Positions 58,423 through 64,000 of a stretch of DNA of 64,000 bases are shown in pieces. A program made the position numbers and the translations under genes. Origin of the DNA: an uncultured Gammaproteobacteria bacterium (GTDB taxonomy: Bacteria; Patescibacteriota; Patescibacteriia; JAHIZJ01); the NCBI GenBank assembly GCA_964371245.1, contig CAYJKP010000003.1:8986-72985 (forward strand), written 5' to 3'. A model generated the notes under the pieces. That model had not been told where the DNA came from. It was given only the letters and a program-made list of their open reading frames with translations, and made no database searches. Position 1 is the first letter of the stretch. Each line of letters begins with the position of its first letter.

Positions 58423-59901
58423 TTATACCCGGTGTTGAGCATAGCGTAAAGCCAAACGGAAGAGTTTGACGTATTTTTTCGCCGGTATTTCCCAGGAATA
58501 ACTCTGTTGCATTCCGCGGCCGACTAAATCGCGCCAAGCATCGTCGTATTTGAAATTTACCAGGGCGCGCGTAATCGCCACCAAGAGATCACGCGAGTCG
58601 TATTTCCGGAAAACAAAGCCGTTGCCATGACGGGTTTTGGGATTAAAATCCGTGATCGTATCGACCAGGCCGCCGACCGCGTGGACAATCGGCACCGAAC
58701 CGTACCGCAAACTGATGAGTTGCCCGATCCCGCATGGTTCGAAACGCGAGGGCATGAGAAACATGTCCGAGCCGGCATAAATCTGGCTGGCCTTGGTGGT
58801 ATCAAACTGAAGGTGAGCGGCAATCTTTTTCGGATGTTTTTTTGAAATTTTTCTGAAGAAACTTTCATACCGCTTATCGCCACCGCCCACGACGACGAGC
58901 TGCAGTTCTTGGCGCATCAGCGGCTCGATGATATCCATAATAAGGTCGACCCCTTTTTGCTCAGTGATTCGGGAGACCATCCCAATGAGCGGTACCTCAA
59001 GGGTTTTTGGCAGGCCAAATAATTTTTGAAGAAACAGCTTATTTTTTATTTTTAACGGAATAGAATTAAAATCGTAATTTACTTCCAAACCCGGATCGGT
59101 GGCCGGATTGAAATCAAAATAATCAATGCCGTTGATAATACCAAAAACTCGATCCCTGCGATTGAGCAGAATACGATGTAGATCCTGCCCGAATTCTTTT
59201 GTCAGAATCTCTTGGGCGTATTGTTCCGAAACCGTGTTGATGATGTCAGCGTGCAGGATCGCCCGTTTGGCATAATTGATATGCTCAATTTCCTCGCGCT
59301 CCGAAAAGCGCGGCAAGCGAGCGTGCCCATTATCTTTCTTATCCGGCGGTACTTGCCACCAGTCATGGCCCATTTGGAAAGCTAGGTTGTGGATTGTGTA
59401 GAGCGTTGCGGTCGATCGGAACAGATCATTATCTTGAAATCGACGCTTCAAGAAATATGGAATCAAACCGGTGTGCCATTCGTGGCATTGGATAACATCG
59501 GGTTTGAAGTTTATCAGCGTTAACAGTTTTAAGGTTGCCAGATTGAACAGAAAAAAGCGTCGGTTGTCATGCCGGGAACCATAGATTTCCTTGCGACTGC
59601 CGAAGTATTGATAAAAGTCGATAAAATACACCGGCAGCCCTTTCATCAATTCACCTTCCCAGAAATTAACATGGCGAACTTCGTTCTCGTCGAGCTGGAT
59701 CGGAACGTCGGCCGCAATCTGCTTCAGATGGTTTTTGGCCGGGTCGACAAAGCCATAGAGCGGCGTAATAACAATCACCCGGTGGCCGAGGCGCCGGAGA
59801 GCTTTGGGTAGGGAACGGGCAACATCGGCCTGGCCGCCGGCCTTTGAAAAGGGGGCGACTTCGGCCGAAACACTGACTATCGATAAGGGGCGAAGAACCA
59901 T
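58423..59901 (-). CDS. glgA: glycogen/starch synthase (GT5), copy 2
   Basis: SKAGGQADVARSLP N-terminal motif; 492 aa. Confidence 0.8.
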   Translation of the reverse strand: MVLRPLSIVSVSAEVAPFSKAGGQADVARSLPKALRRLGHRVIVITPLYGFVDPAKNHLKQIAADVPIQLDENEVRHVNFWEGELMKGLPVYFIDFYQYFGSRKEIYGSRHDNRRFFLFNLATLKLLTLINFKPDVIQCHEWHTGLIPYFLKRRFQDNDLFRSTATLYTIHNLAFQMGHDWWQVPPDKKDNGHARLPRFSEREEIEHINYAKRAILHADIINTVSEQYAQEILTKEFGQDLHRILLNRRDRVFGIINGIDYFDFNPATDPGLEVNYDFNSIPLKIKNKLFLQKLFGLPKTLEVPLIGMVSRITEQKGVDLIMDIIEPLMRQELQLVVVGGGDKRYESFFRKISKKHPKKIAAHLQFDTTKASQIYAGSDMFLMPSRFEPCGIGQLISLRYGSVPIVHAVGGLVDTITDFNPKTRHGNGFVFRKYDSRDLLVAITRALVNFKYDDAWRDLVGRGMQQSYSWEIPAKKYVKLFRLALRYAQHRV

Positions 59902-59910
59902 ATGAAGTAT

Positions 59911-60399
59911 TTAGGGATGAAGTTTGTGGGTGAGAATATGTTGAGCGGCGCAATAGGCGCAGGCCACGGCGTCGGCCGCGTCGTCAGGACCGGGCAAAGT
60001 TTTTACTTTCAGAAGCAGCTTGAGAATTTTTTCAACCTGGCCTTTCGGCGCTTGGCCGTATCCAGTCACCGCTTGTTTGATCTGGAGCGGCGTCAATTCG
60101 ATGATTGGCAGAGCCGCGGTGGTGACGGTAAATGTTATCACGCCCCAGGCCTGACCAACACTGAAGGCCGTTTTCGCATTTTTAAAAAAGAATAACCGTT
60201 CGATGGCGACGTGATCAGGCTTGTGGCGTTGGAGTATTTTTTTCAGCGAGCGGTTGATAACGATCAGCCGTTGCGCAAACGGCATCGTGGCAGACGTCGT
60301 GATGCAGCCAGCGTCGATATAGCTAAGGGCTGATCCCTGTTTCCGGATGACCCCATAGCCGATTCGCGCCAGACCCGGATCAATGCCGAGAATAATCAT
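59911..60399 (-). CDS. ruvC: Holliday junction resolvase RuvC
   Basis: MIILGIDPGLARIGYGVI catalytic-Asp N-terminus; 162 aa. Confidence 0.9.
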   Translation of the reverse strand: MIILGIDPGLARIGYGVIRKQGSALSYIDAGCITTSATMPFAQRLIVINRSLKKILQRHKPDHVAIERLFFFKNAKTAFSVGQAWGVITFTVTTAALPIIELTPLQIKQAVTGYGQAPKGQVEKILKLLLKVKTLPGPDDAADAVACAYCAAQHILTHKLHP

Positions 60400-61130
60400 G
60401 GTTGATTGTTCGTATAGACGGCGTGGACGTCCTGGAGGTCCTCGAGATCACTAATGAGTTGATCGAGTTTTTCGCGCACCGCCGACTCAAGTTGCACCGG
60501 ATTTTGTGGCACAAGGACAAGTTCCGCGGCGGCCACGGGTATATGGAGTGAGAGTATTTTTTCTTGCACCGCTTTTAATTGATTTGGCGGTGTTGTAATT
60601 TCAATGCCTTCGGGATTCTCGCGGACGTCGTCTGCCCCGGCGTCAATCAGTTGAAGCTCGAGTTCGTCGCGCGGGATAGTCGGGACATCCTTCTTTGCGA
60701 TTAAGATCAGCCCGGCTGATGAAAACTGCCATTTGACGGAATTCGGCGTGCCCAGTGTGCCGCTGTGCTTACTGAAAATTGACCGTATATCATTTGAAGT
60801 ACGGTTTTTATTGTCCGTCATTGTTTCGATGACGATGGCTGCGCCGCCTGGCCCGAAACCTTCATAATAGACAAGGTCGATTACGGCATCGCTGCCTTCC
60901 CCGGCGCCGCGGGCAATCGCCCGTTCAATGCTCTGGTTTGGCATGTTTACTGCTTTGGCTCGCTCAATTGCTAAACGGAGCTTGAAATTCATCTCCGGAT
61001 TTTTGCCGCCGTCTCGAACCGCCACCGTAATCGCGTTGCTCATCTTGGTGAAAACGCCACTCCGCTTCACGTCGGCCGCGCCCTTCTGCCTTTTAATTTG
61101 TGCCCACTTAGAATGGCCAGACATAGCCAC
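60396..61130 (-). CDS. YebC/PmpR-family transcriptional regulator
   Basis: SGHSKWAQIKRQKGAADVKRSGVFTK N-terminus; 244 aa; overlaps ruvC by 4 nt. Confidence 0.9.
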   Translation of the reverse strand: MAMSGHSKWAQIKRQKGAADVKRSGVFTKMSNAITVAVRDGGKNPEMNFKLRLAIERAKAVNMPNQSIERAIARGAGEGSDAVIDLVYYEGFGPGGAAIVIETMTDNKNRTSNDIRSIFSKHSGTLGTPNSVKWQFSSAGLILIAKKDVPTIPRDELELQLIDAGADDVRENPEGIEITTPPNQLKAVQEKILSLHIPVAAAELVLVPQNPVQLESAVREKLDQLISDLEDLQDVHAVYTNNQP

Positions 61131-61194
61131 GATTTAATCAAAAAATACAAGCGTATCACTTGCCACTATACCAAAAAATAGTCCGCTGGTCAAT

Positions 61195-62322
61195 TTGCCT
61201 AAACCGCTAAGACCAGGTATGATTATAGGCGTTATGTTGATTTCCGAACAAAAAAAATACCGCCAGCGACTCGATCATGCTCCCAGAATTGATACCAATC
61301 GCTTCCTTGAATCGATCGAGGCGTTTCCGGCACAGGCGCGCCAAGCGTGGAGTGAAGCGCGCCATGTTCATATTCCGTCCAATTACCGCACCGTAAAAAC
61401 AATCCTCGCGCTTGGCATGGGCGGATCAGGCTGGCCAGCGCGCATTGTTCGGACGCTATTTGCGAATGATCTAAAAATACCCATGACCGTGCTCGGCGAC
61501 TATCAGCTGCCGGGCTGGGTGGACAGGAATACGCTGGTTATCGTTTCAAGCTATTCCGGGACAACCGAAGAACCGCTAACAGCTGCCAAGAGCGCCCGGA
61601 CTCGAGGTTCAAAAATGATGGCGATAACTCTTGGCGGACCGCTGGTTGCCCTTGTTCAGAAGTGGCGCATACCGGCGTACGTTTTTACGGAAACATATAA
61701 TCCATCGCGTCAGCCGCGTATGGGCGCCGGCTATATGATTTTTGGGATCGCTGGGCTTCTGGCCGCTGCCGGGCAGCTTCGACTTGCTGACCGACAAATA
61801 ATTAGTGCCCTAAGCCGGACCATCCGGAAAACGCGAATCTGGCGGTCGGCAAGCCCACTTTCGAAGAATTTATCGAAGCAATGGGCGGTCCAGATGAAAG
61901 GCCGAATTCCGATTATCATGGCGAGCGAACACCTGGAAGCAACAGCGGAAGCGTTCCGAAATCGGATTAATGAAAATGCCAAGCAGTTCTCCGCTTATTA
62001 TCCTATCCCAGACCTGAATCACCACCTCCTTGAAGGGTTGGCAAATCCGACTGCGGCTCGGCGATTGCTCGGCGTATTTTTAACCTCAGATTTATATGAT
62101 CGCCGAAATCAAAAGCGTCATGAAATTACGCGGAAAGTATTTGAACACAATCGCGTACCAACGGTAATGTTCCGGGCTGGTGGGAATGATCGGGTTGAAG
62201 ACGCCTTGAACTCCCTCGCGTTCAGCGGGTACGCAACCTACTGGCTCTCGATTTTAAACCAGGTTGATGCTTCGGTAATTCCTTGGGTTGACTATTTTAA
62301 AGATAGGTTGGCGCGACGCTAA
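61195..62322 (+). CDS. SIS-domain bifunctional phosphoglucose/phosphomannose isomerase (start uncertain)
   Basis: Two SIS-like halves (LGMGGSG..., VIVSSYSGTTEE); real start probably an internal Met (MIIGV or MLISEQ). Confidence 0.6.
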   Translation: MPKPLRPGMIIGVMLISEQKKYRQRLDHAPRIDTNRFLESIEAFPAQARQAWSEARHVHIPSNYRTVKTILALGMGGSGWPARIVRTLFANDLKIPMTVLGDYQLPGWVDRNTLVIVSSYSGTTEEPLTAAKSARTRGSKMMAITLGGPLVALVQKWRIPAYVFTETYNPSRQPRMGAGYMIFGIAGLLAAAGQLRLADRQIISALSRTIRKTRIWRSASPLSKNLSKQWAVQMKGRIPIIMASEHLEATAEAFRNRINENAKQFSAYYPIPDLNHHLLEGLANPTAARRLLGVFLTSDLYDRRNQKRHEITRKVFEHNRVPTVMFRAGGNDRVEDALNSLAFSGYATYWLSILNQVDASVIPWVDYFKDRLARR

Positions 62323-62348
62323 GTAACCCTACCATTAATTTTCTTTTC

Positions 62349-63248
62349 ATGAGCATACGTCGCTGGATAACCGAAAACTATCGCTATCGCCAGCTCTTGT
62401 ACCTGGCGTTTTTTGTTTTGATCGCTGTCTATTGGCTGATATATTCACGCCAGATAAGTCCGAAGCTATTGTATCTTCTCGCTCTCGGCGTTGTCGCGGT
62501 CATCCCGCTGAAGGGTTGGTTGAGAGACTGGCGTCCATTTATCCTTTTGCCGCTATCGTACGGAGCCATGCAGGGCATTGGCGGCGTTTTATCGGAACAC
62601 GTCAATATTACAAATATTATCCAATGGGAAAAATCGCTATTTGGAGGCATTCAAACAATCCAGCTGCAGGAACGGTTTCATGCGAATGGATCATATGCCT
62701 GGTACGATGCGGTGTTCATGTCTTTCTACCTAACGCACTACTTTTTCCCCTACTTGGTCGCCATCTTTTTGTATTTTAAAAGGCGCGCCCTGTATCACTT
62801 GTATACCGACGGATTTGTCGTCTTGGCCGTGGCGGGTTTTTTCACCTATGTTCTTTTTCCGGCCATGCCGCCATGGATGGCCAGCGCGCAAGGCTTTCTG
62901 CCCGCCATGCCGCATTTGCTCGTTGAGGTGGCTCAACAGGCGCTGCATGTGTCCTTCCCGTCGCTTTACCAGACACTTGGGGCAAACCAGGTGGCGGCTA
63001 TGCCATCAATGCACGCCGCTTGGCCGCTATTTATCGCTCTCTGTTTGACCCTATTTTTTCGATGGAAGGGTCTTGCCTGGTTTATTATTCCAGCCATGGT
63101 TAGTTTGGCCATTGTCTATTTCGGAGAACACTACATCATTGATGTCGTGATCGGGTACCTCTACGCCCTCGCGGCGTTTGGCATAGCCGTGTGTTTCCGG
63201 CCAAAGAAAATTGAAAATCCCAGCCATGCCCCGCCAACGGTTTCCTAG
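62349..63248 (+). CDS. PAP2-superfamily membrane protein
   Basis: Polytopic; PSMH and FGEHYIIDVV match PAP2 motifs PSGH and SRxxxxxHxxxD. Confidence 0.6.
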   Translation: MSIRRWITENYRYRQLLYLAFFVLIAVYWLIYSRQISPKLLYLLALGVVAVIPLKGWLRDWRPFILLPLSYGAMQGIGGVLSEHVNITNIIQWEKSLFGGIQTIQLQERFHANGSYAWYDAVFMSFYLTHYFFPYLVAIFLYFKRRALYHLYTDGFVVLAVAGFFTYVLFPAMPPWMASAQGFLPAMPHLLVEVAQQALHVSFPSLYQTLGANQVAAMPSMHAAWPLFIALCLTLFFRWKGLAWFIIPAMVSLAIVYFGEHYIIDVVIGYLYALAAFGIAVCFRPKKIENPSHAPPTVS

Positions 63249-64000
63249 AGCCACGCCATACTTAATTTTATTCGGCTTGGCGTTTATTTTCTTTTTTGCG
63301 CTGCAGTACAGCAATGTCCTGGCCGATCCCGATTCTTTTTATCACGCCAAGATGGCCATGCTCATGCGCGATCATGGGATAATCAGGACATTCCCTTGGC
63401 TAGGAAATTTTACGGTGCTCGGCCAGGCCTATACCGATCAACACTTTCTCTATCATATCTTTCTCATTCCGTTCGTCAGCTTCCTTCAGCCGATTATTGG
63501 TTTAAAATTAGCGACGGTCATATTGGCCAGCGCTTTCATCGTTACGTTTTACTGGCTGCTGCGGCGCTTCCGAATACGGTTTGCCTTTTTCTTTTCACTC
63601 CTGCCCCTGCTCATGGGTCCGTTTATCTTTCGGGTGAGTTTGGCAAAGGCCCCCAGCCTCTCGCTGATTTTACTTTTTCTCGGGCTCTGGATGATTATTG
63701 AGGGGCGCTGGAAATTGTTATTTATTTTTTCGTTTTTCTACGTCTGGGCGTACGGCGGCTTTTCGCTCATCGTTATGGTGAGCGGCCTCTATCTCGGCGT
63801 TGAAATCGTTCTCAATATCATTCAGAAAATACGCCGGCGCCAGCTGTCGTGGCGGCAAATGATGTATCCAAAAACCGCCTGGCTGACTTTTCTGAGCGCC
63901 GGTACGGGCGTAGCCGCCGGTTTATTAATTAATCCCTACTTCCCCCACAATATAACTTTTTATTGGTATCAGCTTTTTGAGATTGGCATCAAAAATTACC
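63226..64000 (+). CDS. polytopic membrane protein, 5' part (open at window end); not in the supplied ORF track
   Basis: Frame 1 open from ATG 63226 to the window end with no stop; translation MPRQRFPRATPYLILFGLAFIFFFALQY... has many hydrophobic helices. Confidence 0.5.
   Translation, partial: MPRQRFPRATPYLILFGLAFIFFFALQYSNVLADPDSFYHAKMAMLMRDHGIIRTFPWLGNFTVLGQAYTDQHFLYHIFLIPFVSFLQPIIGLKLATVILASAFIVTFYWLLRRFRIRFAFFFSLLPLLMGPFIFRVSLAKAPSLSLILLFLGLWMIIEGRWKLLFIFSFFYVWAYGGFSLIVMVSGLYLGVEIVLNIIQKIRRRQLSWRQMMYPKTAWLTFLSAGTGVAAGLLINPYFPHNITFYWYQLFEIGIKNY

Noticed and set aside
63396-63701. Track ORF of 101 aa in frame 3
   Set aside because: It lies inside a longer, stop-free frame-1 ORF whose translation is a plausible membrane protein. 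The frame-3 product is Arg/Ala/Leu-rich without features.

Overview
This 64-kb window looks like a reduced, Patescibacteria/CPR-like bacterial chromosome (an inference from gene content). GC is about 50% and every ORF reads through under the standard code with normal TGA stops.

The core region is the classic replication-origin neighbourhood. On the minus strand are rpmH, rnpA, yidD, yidC and a PRC-barrel gene. On the plus strand are dnaA, dnaN and a DUF721/DciA-like gene. DnaA-box-like motifs and an AT-rich stretch lie in the dnaA-dnaN spacer.

Other housekeeping content, left to right:
- a heterodimeric ABC exporter pair with one degenerate ATP site
- an OmpR/histidine-kinase two-component system
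- two MacB/FtsX-type ABC transporters flanking an 8.6-kb gene for a giant surface protein (Kelch-type beta-propellers plus FN3 repeats)
- PilT and PilB ATPases
- TsaD and TsaE
- ValS carrying an inserted ASCH (YqfB-like) domain
- TyrS, PBP1A, and two tRNAs (Lys-CTT, Glu-TTC)

The most interesting part is 41.1-52.0 kb. Immediately after the tyrS terminator there is an integron-like gene-cassette array:
- Nine imperfect palindromic attC-like sites, each with a conserved xxxxAAC-GTTTGCGTAT...ATACGCT-GTTxxxx frame around a variable centre.
- The outer 7-mers, and up to about 70 bp of flanking arm, are complementary across each cassette rather than within a site. This is the signature of site-specific cassette recombination.
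- Eleven promoterless-looking cargo genes, all on the minus strand. They include an AbiEi/AbiEii toxin-antitoxin pair, an S1 protease, an S51 peptidase, a CaCA antiporter, an isochorismatase-like hydrolase, a cupin, and secreted or membrane hypotheticals.
- A divergent 272-aa tyrosine recombinase whose N-terminal half looks IntI-like but which appears to lack the IntI-specific extra domain.

Downstream of the array is a glycogen cluster: two GlgA genes, two tandem GH57 genes, a GalT-like HIT nucleotidyltransferase and an APH-fold kinase. After that come RuvC, YebC, a SIS-domain PGI/PMI, a PAP2 membrane protein, and an open-ended membrane-protein ORF that is missing from the ORF track.

All product names are assigned from motifs read directly off the translations. 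No database search was possible.
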